DNA of 64,000 nt from Octopus vulgaris (lineage: Eukaryota): the NCBI GenBank assembly GCA_951406725.2, contig OX597819.1:117366001-117430000 (forward strand). The letters are read 5' to 3'. The notes below the pieces were generated by a model that saw only the letters and a list, made by a program, of their open reading frames with translations, was not told the DNA's origin and made no database searches. Shown here piece after piece: positions 51,393-64,000 of this stretch; position 1 is the first letter of the stretch; each line of letters starts with the position of its first letter. Position numbers and translations under genes: made by a program.

Positions 51393-53257
51393 CATAAGAA
51401 ATCAGTTTTGTTAAAAATAATAATAAAGTGGCGGCAAGCTTAACCATCATATGTAAATATACATAGACGTTTTGAGTATAAGAGTTATATACTAGCTATG
51501 CTAGAAAGATGAGTCAACTATCGAAAGCCACATATTTCTCACTATAAACACAGAACGCACAGTTCATGTAGAAAATATAAAGTAACATAGCCTTTATCTT
51601 TGCAAAAGCACAAAGAGCAGTCATCTCAATATCAAATACTTTCACCTTTAGTGCCAAGCGATTGGGATCATCAAATTATCTTACTGCATATAACTATTGT
51701 TTCAAAATTTATGCACAACGCCGTCTGTTCGTTTGAACGCCTCCAATATGTGTGTGTATGTGTGAGTATGCGTACCTGTATCTATACATGTGTGTATGAA
51801 TATGCATATATTGACAATTACTTGTTGATTCTTTTATATAACTACTCAGTCACAGAAGTGGAAAAACAAAAGTTGGTGTCAAGAATAGACGTAGCAAAGC
51901 GGTGACAGTTTTTCCACGACGGGAAATATCGTCATGCTCTTCCATTCACCAAAGGATTCAAATTCATCTGCACGCATCTATTTCAATTCGCACGGCATTA
52001 CATGCAAGTGAATCATTGTGACGGACCGACAGGATTTGCAAAATTCTGAATGTATCGCACTAGAGCTTCCTTAGGATTATCCTGGATGCCAATTGGCATG
52101 ACGCATCACAGAGGCGCGTAGGTAAACTGCACGGCTCACGCGTATACAAAGGAAGTTGCTTGGCCAAGTTTTGCGTTTACCATTCGAGAAACTGTTGAGT
52201 TGAAGGCTTCAGGAGGGGAGAAGAGGAGAAACAGGCCTGTGAACACATGGCTAAGAAACGTTGGGGTAACATTGACTAATATATGTTTCACCTGCTCGAG
52301 TAACTGAATTTTCGATCGGCCATAGTTTCAAAAGAAAACTAGGAGTTTGAAACAGAAGTCAAGTAATATAGGATACGATAATCCCTTTCATATGTTAAAC
52401 GTCTCGTGGGAACTCACTTGCTTATTGAATAATCCTACAGCTGTGTGCCTTGGTACGTATGTATGAAAGAGTCCTTCCATATATGTTTGATTGTCTGTAT
52501 GCATATGTGTATTTGAGAGAGCATGCGATAGACATGATATGCAGAAATATTATTAAACTTAGATTTCTGAGTATGAGCTGCGATTAGAAAAAAAAAAACA
52601 CCCATTATAGAACTTATAGAGCTCACTACAGACGTTGCGGTGTCCATTTCTCTTCACGCTATTTAGATTATTACCTCTTTCCGAAATTCAAAGGAGATTT
52701 TTCTTTGTTTTTTATTTTATATTTGTTCAAAGAAGGATCGTGCCATATTTCATATAAAAAATCACTTTTGATGTAATTTCTCATATTATTTAATATTCTT
52801 TGAAACGCTTTCAACACAACCAGTTTGTATTTCATAGACGTATAATTCATAACAAAGAAAACTTCTCTAAAAAGCCACCATTTCAAAAGCTAAAAACAAT
52901 TCGCCTGAGTTTATTGATTTATTTTATGTTTTTTACAAAACATTTCAACAACTTTTATTCAATATACATATATATATGAAGCAAACTCACCTATGTCTAA
53001 AAAGTTACCGTATGTATACTTGTACAATGCGCCATATATGTAAGTGTGTGTGGAGTATACGCGTGTGTTTCTAGGAGCATATGTATAAATACATATGCAC
53101 ATATAGTTATAAGCGTCTGCTTCGTTATACGAGTATACTTGTATATGCGTGATTACGTGTGAGATTATGTTTATACATTTATAGTTTATAACATAATGCT
53201 GATATTAATGCTGATATATTAGTTTTTGATCAGAAGTCTATATGTGAGAGTATGTAT

Positions 53258-53313
<56 letters not shown>

Positions 53314-53346
53314 ATATGTATGTATATATATAAATATATGTATACA

Positions 53347-53435
<89 letters not shown>

Positions 53436-54616
53436 TTCTGCAAATAAACTAAGATATGTGTATATGTATGAATACTGAACCAAGCTACGATTTTTATTGA
53501 TAGCGTGATATTGAGCAAAAACGGAAGAAATTTGTTTTCGTAAATTTCATTTTTTGAAACCTATTTAGTAAATGGAATGGTATATACTCCCTAATTGGGT
53601 GAATAAACATTTTATCCATAATCAAATTGAGTGCATTTTATACATACATAAAATATGACAACAATTTATACACACACACGCACACACATCATATATATAT
53701 TTAGATAAATATATATAAATATATATTTTTGCATATATACATATACATATGTGTGTGTCTGGCAGTCTGTCTATGTGTCTGTATGTGTATGTGTTTCTAG
53801 GTACCATAGGTGAGATAAGTGCACCAGAAATAACTTTTTTAAACAAAATTCTCAAACATTCAGCACTACAGCTTGAACAACTCTTACTTAATGTAAGGTT
53901 AACTAAGGACAAAATGGAAAACTTCTGTGATCCCTCAAACACTTAGAGCCGTTACAGTCTAAAATATAAATAAAATAATTTTCAGAATCGTCATAATTAG
54001 CAGTATAACATGAATGCTATGCATATACAATATAAAGTGTTTATTTATGCTTCTAGACATTTGTACCTAATAATTCCTAATCCAGTGTGATTTTAAGGCG
54101 ATTTAGTGTAATTTCAAGAAAATTTTCTCTATTATAACAGATTATAGAACTCTGTGCTTAACCATATGTTATGTACGTTTTCGCATGTATGTGGTGTTTA
54201 TAGATGCATTTTCTATCTCTGTTTGTATCACTGTGCGAGGAAAAGTTTTAGAAGCCGAAATTATTGATTCTGTGAAACGAATTCATAGCCGCGATTTTTC
54301 ATAGGAGAGAGAGAAGATGAGTAAAAGTAATGCGTTCACTGACAGACTTGTATCTCCGCAAATATATACAGCTTTATTTCATTAGGCCAAAACATATCCC
54401 GTTCAGGTATGTAATGGTCACTGAAGCAGTTTCACTGACAGACCAGGGGAAGTTGCTTATGTCCTGCTCACAGTCTTACGAGGGAATAATTGACACAGGA
54501 GGATATATGCTTATTTAAATTCGCCTGTGCTATTGCAAAATGAGCAGAATGTGACATATATATATATAAGTATATGAAAGAATGGAGTTGAACGACTAGG
54601 TAACAAATATCCTTTA

Positions 54617-54699
54617 TTCTCGACATATGTTTCGAAGGCTGCATATTCCTAATTCCGAAGGAATAAGGAGTACATTATGCAGATTTCTCATCAGGAAAA
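54617..54699 (-). ncRNA. Type I hammerhead ribozyme with extended stem II
   Basis: Minus strand: uuuuc-CUGAUGA-gaa..cugcaua..uccu.auucc-uuc-ggaau.agga..uaugcag..uuc-GAAA-c-auau-GUC-gagaa; palindromic ACAUAUGU stem III. Confidence 0.8.
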
Positions 54700-54982
54700 T
54701 CAAGGAACTTATGTCGACATCAAAATGCACAAAAACTTTTAGCTGACCGCTCTCAAGGAGCCCATGGCGATTATCACCATGGGCTCCTTGAGAGCGGTCA
54801 TAATAATATTAGCACATTAAATTGTTCAGCTTCATGTTTGATATTTTCAGTGTCGTTAATCACACCAATACATTTATCATACCTATAATAATACTTTTCT
54901 CGTAAATAATATTTTCGATACAAATAAGTATTGTAGGTGTTTTCATTTTTCATAACTGTATACCTAGTTTTCTACCACGACG

Positions 54983-55029
<47 letters not shown>

Positions 55030-55147
55030 TTGTTTATTTATTTGTTTATTTATTTATATAAATAACGAGATGATCGGTATTTAAATACCGATCTTATCAG
55101 GTGGCCAGCATGGGAAAAAATATTTCAAAAGTAATAATTATTTAAAA

Positions 55148-55287
55148 ATATAATTTAGGGTATCTAAGAGATACAACTATGCTGGAAATAGCAGTGAAAT
55201 CTTGTCTCTCAAACCAGAAAATGTGCTTTTAGAGTTGTTTTCACTGCTATTTCCAGCGTGGTAGTATCTCTTAGATAGCCTAAATTA

Positions 55288-55291
<4 letters not shown>
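55148..55291. repeat. TA-embedded fold-back element with ~50-bp arms
   Basis: ataatttagggtatctaagagatac...gctggaaatagcagtgaaa is inverted as tttcactgctatttccagc...gtatctcttagatagcctaaattat. Confidence 0.85.
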
Positions 55292-55350
<59 letters not shown>

Positions 55351-56014
55351 GTTCCGATTTGAGAATTTACGACATATCAGTTAGTTTGTTAATTTATTCT
55401 TAAGCTCGCTCGTAAAAATGGGTTTATCAAAAAAGAGTGGGGAGGGTAGAATTATCAAAATATTTACCTGTTACTTTCGCCAAGTAATTAACTAGATATG
55501 CCCGTCTGATGAAACCTCAACAGATTTAAAACGGTAGTTTAAAAAATTTTTTTGAGAAATCTGTTATTTAATGATGTGGAAACAGCTATAAGAAATGTTG
55601 TCATTTGTTTGTATAAAAATAATAAGATTGAATTGAATTCATATAATGTACATGTAAGTGCATGTCCGCTACTACAGATCTCAAGTTTTTCAAAAGTAAT
55701 TCCAATTCACTTCTAAGTAATTCTACAAAGAGGCAATGTTATATCGACCGAAGGAATACTTTAACTGAATGAATTACGAAAATACACCAATATTTACATA
55801 ACACTGCTAGAGAGAGGCGGAAGCAAGTGACCTTCATTGAGAAAACTTTACGCTGCATTCCTAATGACCACCATATGCATGTCAATATTTAATAAATATA
55901 TGTGAATCAGTCGGTGTACCTATCGTTCGAGGATGAAAACAATAATTCTAACAATGGCATTCGTTACTACATGAATGAGTGGATTTTGCTTATGAACAAA
56001 CTGATATTGATAAA

Positions 56015-56810
56015 CTTTTCTACTCTAAGCACAAGGCCCGAAATTTTTTTAGGGAAGGAGGCCAGTCGATTAGATCGTCCCCAGTACGCAACTGATATTA
56101 ATTTATCGACACCAAAGGATGACAAGCATAGTCTACCTCAGCGGAATTTGAAATCAGAACGTAGCGACAGACGAAATACCTATTTCTTTACTACCCACAA
56201 GGGGCTAAGCACAGAGGAGACAATCGAGGACAGACAAACGGATTAAGTCGATTACATCGACCCCAGTGCGTAACTGGTACTTAATTTATCGACCCCGAAA
56301 GGATGAAAGGCAAAGTCGACCTCGGCGAAATACCAGACGAATTACCTATTTCTTTATTACCCACAAGGGGCTGAACAAAGAGGGGACAAACATGGAGAGA
56401 CATAGGTATTAAGTCGATTATATCGACCCCAGTGCTTAACTGGTACTTAATTTATCGACCCCGAAAGGATGAAAGGTAAAGTCGACCTCGGCGGAATTTG
56501 AACTCACAACGTAACGGCAGACGAAATACCGCTAAGCATTTCGCCCGGCGTGCTAACGTTTGACAGCTAACAGCCTTAGACCGATATTCTTTTCTACTCT
56601 AGGCACAAGGCCCGCAATTTTTTCGGTGGGGGTGGGGAACCAGTCGATTAGATCAACACCAGTACACAACTGGTACTTAATTTATAGACCAGGAAAGGAT
56701 GAATTGAAAAGTCAACCTCGGTGGAATTTGAACTCAGAACATAAAGACAGACGAAATACCGCTAAGGATTTCGCCTGGCGTGCTAATATTTCTGCCTGAT
56801 CGCCGCCTTA
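56015..56810 (-). mobile_element. Cluster of SINE family A copies (multimer plus adjacent variant)
   Basis: At least four reverse-complement family A cores in series. Confidence 0.85.
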
Positions 56811-57869
56811 GACTGATATAGATAATGTAAATACACAAATTAAATCTGAGTTTACATATTTAAACCTGCACTTTTTCATACGCACACATTTAGCGTTGAA
56901 ATAGATATGTTTGGCAATACATAAATTAGATTATACACGATTCTGTAAACCTGCCAGTTTCTTTAGAAAGTACATGGTGTACATCCGATGCCAAAGACTA
57001 CAGTGAATTACAAGTATTTTTACATCGTCTTTGTACACACGAACAAAGTGAAATTTAACATGAATTTATATTTTTGTAAACATATATCATTCATTTCTGA
57101 AAGTGTAACTGTCAGTACATCTAAAAAGTATTTGTTTAGAGATCTTTTGTTTTTTTCCTGATATGTAAATTGATTCAAAATTCATGAATTCCAGATCGTT
57201 GATATAGAGGCGAACTGGGATTTGAAAACATGCACTTTTGCTCTCTGAATCTAGGTGAAAAGGAGTGTAACTAAATTTTGCTTAGAATTCAGTATTTCGC
57301 TATCTTCACTAACAATAACAGCCAATCTGAAACATCGAAATATCAACATGAGATCAAATAATGACTTCCATGATTAAGCTATGAATTAATTCAAAGTAGA
57401 AGGGAAGATAACTTAATTCTACCATTTATATTCGTAAATTAATTATGCATTTCTGAAGCTTTGGAAACCATAATCATTTTATAATACCTCTATTATCGTT
57501 TCTTTCACTTCATTAATGTTTCTGATTTATCTTTGAATAATTATGTTCTGATTATACTATACCCATTTGTTTACGACGTAAATGCTATTGAAAGGAAAGG
57601 AAAAAAAAACACAACTTTAATCTACTTTATCCACGATAATCTTACGTATCGAGTGATATCTTAATGTGACGTTAGAAATTGATGAATTCTGAATTCAATT
57701 TCTGTGTAAGGGTCCAACTATTGCAAGTTATATATTCTACTGTTGAAATACTATGGACTTGAGATACTTGGTTTCTTTCAATCATATATTTGACAAATCA
57801 TAGCATCGGCCAGTATACTTTTATAGTGTTAATCTTAGTTTTTAGCATGTAGTTCACTAAATGTATATC

Positions 57870-58279
57870 TTTATTTCCCCCAGGGGGCTAAACTTACAGG
57901 GGAAAAACAAGGACAGACCTCAAGATAAAGTAGATTACATCAACCCCAGTGCGTAACTGGTACTTATTTAATCGACCCCGAAAGAATGAAAGGCAAAGTC
58001 GTCTTCGGCAGAATTTGAACACAGAACGTAAAGGCTGACGAAATAGCTATTTCTTTACTACCCACAAGGGGCTAAACACAGAGAGGACAAAGAAAGACAG
58101 ACAAACGGATAAGTCCATTATGTCGACCACAGTGCGTAACTGGTACTTATTTAATCGACCCCGAAAGGATGAAAGGCAAGGTCGACCTCGGCGGAATTTG
58201 AACACAGAACGTAAAAGCAGACGAAACCCCGCTAAGCACATCGTCCAGCACGCCAGCGAATTTGTCAACTCGCCGCCCT
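57870..58279 (-). mobile_element. SINE family A, tandem dimer
   Basis: Two reverse-complement bodies with one head. Confidence 0.85.
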
Positions 58280-58690
58280 AGTTCATTATATTATTATGTA
58301 GTTCACTATATTATTCGCATACATTTAGTAACTTACGACAATTTTTTGATAACATCCTTCACACTGGGCCACACAGTTTAAGCAAATATATATGAACCAC
58401 AGTATGAAGAACAGGACTAAGAGATTAAGAACTATCGAAATTTATTCAAATTTGTGATAATATATTTGTTCAGTTAAAACCATACATCTTTTATCTAAAT
58501 GTTTATATGCCTCAGACTGTCAGCCGCGCTAACAGGTATTAGCAATTGAATTAGCTTAGCTATTAATCACACTTTAATATTGTTGTAATTTACTGTTCAG
58601 TGCTTTGTGGTCGTGAATCAAGAGTTAAGAAGCTGACACAAATACAGAATACAGAAAATCAGTCGAATAGTTTGTGAAGGGGTGGTCTTA

Positions 58691-58990
58691 ATGCAAGGTA
58701 TATATACCTGCGTATGCAGGGGCGATAATGCATGCAGATACACGTACATGTGGGTGCGCATGTGCGCATATACATGCGCTTGTATGTGCATCCATCCATG
58801 TATGCGTGTATATGTATGAGTGAGTGTATGCGTATATGTATATATGTGTGGGTATGTGTAAATGGGATCTTTAAAAGATCCTATAAATGTACTTATGCAT
58901 GCAAGATATATATACCTGCATATGCAGGGGCGATAATACATGCAGATGCACGTATATGTGGGTACACATGTGCGCGTATACATGCAAATA
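58691..58990 (+). repeat. Imperfect direct repeat with ~208-bp spacing, purine-pyrimidine alternating
   Basis: atgcaag.tatatatacctgc.tatgcaggggcgataat.catgcagat at 58691 and 58899. Confidence 0.75.
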
Positions 58991-59099
58991 TGGGTTGCAT
59001 GTATAGATATTGATATATATGAACATCTGTATAAATATATATGAACATGTCTAATGTATACATATGTATACATCTTCACAAATATATTTTCTTATATTA

Positions 59100-59860
59100 T
59101 AAGAACTGACCCACCAAATAATACAGAATCCTAAATTCCTTTCTCATTACTACTAACCCCCTCCCTCAACCCCACTACTTAGAATCTACCACTACACATT
59201 TGCCACTCCTTTACCTTTTATCACCCACCCCTATTCCTTCTATCTTTAATACCTTTCTCTCTCAGTCACCCTTTATCTCCCCACTCCTACTTTCAAATTA
59301 TCTCCACTGACAATTAACTGGTACTTTAACCTTATTTTGCTTTTTTTCTCTTTTTGTTTCTTTTATTCCCCACACCCTGTTTTTTTATTTCCTTATTAAT
59401 TTATTATTTTATTACTTTTCTTCTTACTCTCTTTTCCTTCTTCTCACTCTTTTTCTTTTTCTCTTTTTGTTCTCTTTCTTTATACCTCTCTTCCTGTTTT
59501 CGATTTGACTATACTAATACACTCCCTATTTTTAGGTAAATTTGATTAAAAAACACTGTGTATAGTTTCGATACTTGGAATGACAAATTTTAAATAACGT
59601 TGGAATCTTACATGTATACCATTTTGCCTAAGAAATAGATCTACAAATTCAATATCCCTACATATCACACATCTATTTTTTCCTCCACCTCACTCTATTT
59701 TGTATCATATCTAAATTAACTGTTACTTAACTATTCTCTCACAACGTCTCCGATGAAGGGATATGATAAATATCCTGGAAACAGCTATAAGACATTCTAT
59801 GTATAAATGTTCTAAAATCTACTCATCCTTGTTTTTTTTTTTTATCTCATTACGAAAACA
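59100..59860 (+). mobile_element. Decayed PLE 3' UTR/pLTR with hammerhead relic at 59746-59793
   Basis: C/T-rich, G-poor tract like the 3' UTR of the young element, then gtct-CCGATGA-a-gggatat-gataa-atatcct-g-GAAAC-agct-ATA-agac. Confidence 0.6.
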
Positions 59861-60002
59861 AACACACGCTGACATATGACCAACGTTGAACCCCTTATTC
59901 GCAAAATCACCGAACTTGGAACTTAACTATGGTCTATCTATAGCACTTATTCTGCATTACCTGACATCTCTGGGTCTCAATGACACCATTACCTCTCATA
60001 AC

Positions 60003-60035
<33 letters not shown>

Positions 60036-60071
60036 CATCAAGTGTGTGTATGTGTGCGTGTGTGTGCATTG

Positions 60072-60152
<81 letters not shown>

Positions 60153-60185
60153 AAAGGGGGTTTGTATGATTGTGTATAGAGGGGT

Positions 60186-61177
60186 ATATATTATTCAAAG
60201 AAATTCCAACTCTGTTTTTTATGTTTTATTTATATTCTTTATAATATTAATGTAAGATATAGAATATATAGTATAAATAATATATATATAGTAAAATGAA
60301 ATGAAGTATTGATTGTCTTATTGAATAGAGGAAATGTTGAGTATGAAATATTATGGGACCAGTATACGGAAGCACTCCGTCGGTTACGACGACGAGGGTT
60401 CAGATTGATCCGAATCAACGGAACAGCCTGCTCGTGAAATTAACGTGTAAGTGGCTGAGCACTCCACAGACACGTGTACCCTTAACATAGTTCTCGGGGA
60501 TATTCAGCGTGACACAGAGAGTGACAAGGCCGGCCCTTTGAAATACAGGTACAACAGAAACAGGAAGTAAGAGTGAGAGAAAGTTGTGGTGAAAGAGTAC
60601 AGCAGGAAACACCACCATCCCCTGCCGGAGACTCGTGGAGCTTTAGGTGTTTTCGCTCAATAAACACTCACAACACCCGTTCTGGGAATCGAAATCGCGA
60701 TCCTATGACCGCGAGTCCGCTGCCTTAACCACTGGGCCATTGCGCCTCCACAAAACAATGTACGACTAGGACCAGGAATTGAAACCGCAATCATAAGATC
60801 GCGAGTACAACACCCTAACCACTTGGCCACTCACCTTCACACATGGGACTCGTATACTTTCATGCGTTATAGTAGTCTTCAAGGTGCCAGGTTGTGACAG
60901 GAGTGTTGCAACAGCAGTGTCTGCAACTATGACAGGAGTGTTCCACAGTTGCAACACTCCTGTCAGAACCTGGGACCTTGAAGACTACTATAACGCATGA
61001 AAATATACGAGTCCCCAAATATTTTATATTCAACATTTCATCTATTCAATAAGACAACCAATACTTCATTTCATTTTACTGTATATATATATATATTATT
61101 TATGCTATATATTCTATATTCTACATTAATATTATAAAGAATATAAATAAAACATTTAAACCAGACAGAGTTCTTTG

Positions 61178-61186
<9 letters not shown>
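60186..61186. repeat. Large TA-embedded fold-back element with its left arm interrupted by SINE sequence
   Basis: 60186-60359 plus 60843-60910 is the reverse complement of 60948-61186. Confidence 0.85.
60370..60751 (-). mobile_element. SINE family C
   Basis: Closely similar to 2195-2578; followed by a second tRNA-like head at 60765-60842. Confidence 0.88.
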
Positions 61187-61245
<59 letters not shown>

Positions 61246-61456
61246 TGTTCATTTAGACACATAAGAGGTTTGAATGTACACTGTACTTACATGAATAATG
61301 TATAGTCTATTGAGTAATTTTCTACATGCTAGACCACTGGTAGTAAAATAAAAGTTCCAAAATATTTTCCTATCCTGATATTTATTAATTCCATATATAG
61401 ATAGATAGAAGGATGCACATACACACACACACATACATCACACACTCTCTCACACA

Positions 61457-61545
<89 letters not shown>

Positions 61546-63189
61546 ATATATATATGAGTTATTCACTAGAATATACTTTTGTATTACAAAGCATTGATTA
61601 CAAACCTCAAAAATGATGTCGTATTATCAAGTACAAATTAATGGGGTTGTTATCACTAAACAAAATACCGAGATAGTTGTTTCTGCATAAGAACTACCTG
61701 GTCATTTGCTATTTGTCTTTTATATATATGTCATTAAAAGTGAGCCATTCCAAACGGCAATTAAAATTTTGCACGCAAACTTGCGTACACGACATAATGT
61801 GGATTCAAAAAACAGTAAATCGATTTGATTTTTGAAACTGACACAGACTAAATTATCGCAACCTTTGTCCTACATTGTGAACGTTTCGAATGCAATTTTG
61901 TTCGCCATTCTTAGAAAAATTTGCCATTATTTCATGTTAAACATTTTAATTAAAATTCATTTATTTTAAAATCAGATACTCAAAAACAAGCGGGGAAAAG
62001 TAAAGACAATAGAACATAGGATAATTTGAATTCAAAGAAATAATGGAATGAAAGAAATAATTAAGAATTTGTATGATAATAGATAGAAATAACTCTATCG
62101 AAAACAGATAAGAAATGTAAAAATGAAAAAAAAAACTAATTAAGAACGACAAAAGAAAGGTAATAAAGAAAAAGTAAAGAAGGAGTTTAAAGAAAGATGA
62201 ACTAAATAATAGGATTTCCTCGTAGAACACTAACCGTGTGAATTTTATTACTTTATATTTTCTTCACTGATATTGATTTAATTCGTTCTTATACAACACA
62301 TCTGTTACTTATGTGGCAATTAAAGAACACTGAATCTTTCTATAGAGAAAGTCCAAAAGGAAGGGAAGGAGAACAAAACATGGCGTTTTTGTCGGTTCAG
62401 ACAAATCTCGCGTGTCCTTCTATCTAACAACGAGTTATGAGTCTCAAAGCACATCCCTTAGTTGGAAATTAAGAAGGCAAAGAGATACAACCACTGCAAC
62501 GACAACAGCTAAATAAAAACAACCAGGAATCGTCTCTTACAACAATATCATTCTACTTCAAGGTGAGAGGAAAATATAGGCTGCCGAGCAAAGCAAACTT
62601 AACGACAGAACAAAGCAACAGAAGATCTAAAACTTGCTAGGAGAATACACTTCCATTGAAGAATAATTCATATTTTATAAGGGAGGACCTGCGAATAAAA
62701 TAGAATTCAATCATTCGTAAGAAAAATAAAACTGTAATAAAATTCACGAGTAATATCTAAATGTACGGATCGAGACCGAATTTCGGCCGCATTCTGAAAT
62801 GTATCAAAACGACGGCATGATACTTAATATATCGAATTATTATTATATTATATTCCTATTACACAATTATACCATATCTAGAGATAGAAATTTTCTCCAT
62901 GAGAAAACACTATGAATGGATTCTTTAGAAGCCCGAACGTGCTTTAGCATGCATATTCGAACTGATATTAACATTGCAGTTTTACTATTATATTATATTT
63001 CATTGACCCATAAGGTAGAGCACTACACTTGCTCCACTGTAACAGCTATAACGAAGCAGAACACATGTTTTCACAGGGAAATGGAGATACATATGTGATT
63101 TAGTAAAAAAAAAAAATTCGGGTAACTGTTTTCAGTTCTATAAAATATTTATCTGTACAATAATATCATGAATAGCAGCAATCAATCAT

Positions 63190-63770
63190 TTATCATCCTT
63201 TCTTTAGCGGTCCCATATCTATGTGCATATCCCATAGTATGGTTACTCTCTCAATTCCTGTGTCCTTTTTTATTGTTATTCTATACTGTTGGCATAACTT
63301 CCAGTGTATATAGGTCCCAGCATTGTCGTGTCTGTGAATAAATTCCTTCTTAGCCAAGACTGGGCAGCCAGAGGCAATATGGTTTGTTGTTTTTTGTCTC
63401 CACATATTCCACAGTTGCTAGATATGTGTCTTTTCCTCATGTTATTGGTAATTTCTGGTAGGGTGACTTTGGATTTGTACTGCAATTAAAACTACTTCTG
63501 TTTCTGTTTTGAGTCTTAACGTTCTCAACCATTGTTGGCATTTTGCTTTGTCTATTTCTTTTGTGTTTATGTTAACCCACTACTTTCCATGAAAGGAGCT
63601 TTTCTTGCAATCGTTTTATCCTGGATCGTTGCTATTCCAGTTTTAGTTTGGATATCAGTTGTCTTACAGTTTGTTGTTTCTTTTTTTTCATAGTTGTTAG
63701 AGAGTATGATTTCCTATTTGTATTTGTCAACTTCCTTAAAGATTGTTTCTTTTCTTCTTTTTTCATCATC
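63190..63770 (-). pseudogene. R4/Dong-type non-LTR retrotransposon C-terminal fragment
   Basis: CGICGD...TTNHIASGCPVLAKKEFIHRHDNAGTYIHWKLC...VTILWDM: CCHC zinc knuckle, RHD and start of the restriction-like endonuclease; frameshifted; abuts (CAT)n(TAT)n. Confidence 0.8.
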
Positions 63771-63783
63771 GTCGTTATCATCG

Positions 63784-63843
<60 letters not shown>

Positions 63844-63856
63844 CCATCATCATCAC

Positions 63857-63904
<48 letters not shown>

Positions 63905-63948
63905 TATTATTATTATTATTTTCATTATTATTATTATTATTATTATTA
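63764..63948. repeat. (CAT)n followed by (TAT)n microsatellite
   Basis: Direct trinucleotide runs; source of the poly-H/M/D ORFs. Confidence 0.95.
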
Positions 63949-64000
63949 ATTATCATATCGTGTATTCGAAGCATCGATGGCTTTTCTTTTTTTCGGGTTT

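Noticed and set aside
52000-52300. Candidate host exon or regulatory island (cttccttag...gtag/gtaaac)
   Set aside because: Only a 47-nt candidate with weak splice signals and no recognisable peptide; needs transcript evidence.

Overview
AT-rich, repeat-dominated eukaryotic DNA with no host protein-coding gene that I can support. The SINE repertoire and dense TA/CATA/GATA microsatellites resemble a cephalopod (Octopus-like) genome; this is an inference. The dominant feature is a 14.6 kb head-to-tail array (24736-39348) of a young Penelope-like retroelement (PLE; RT plus C-terminal GIY-YIG, Neptune-like). It comprises one 5'-truncated 1.2 kb unit and three near-identical ~4.47 kb full units, inserted in a (TA)n tract. 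Each unit carries a non-canonical minimal hammerhead ribozyme (HHR) about 100 nt before its 3' end and a short TATATA at the unit junction. The rest of the window holds many short, often fold-back, TA-embedded PLE-like termini with HHR motifs (two look intact), older decayed PLE RT relics, R4/Dong and mariner fragments, non-autonomous Helitrons in a duplicated composite, several tRNA-derived SINE families and a 107-bp minisatellite. Most entries in the ORF track are microsatellite artefacts. Coordinates were counted by eye and may be off by a few bases.
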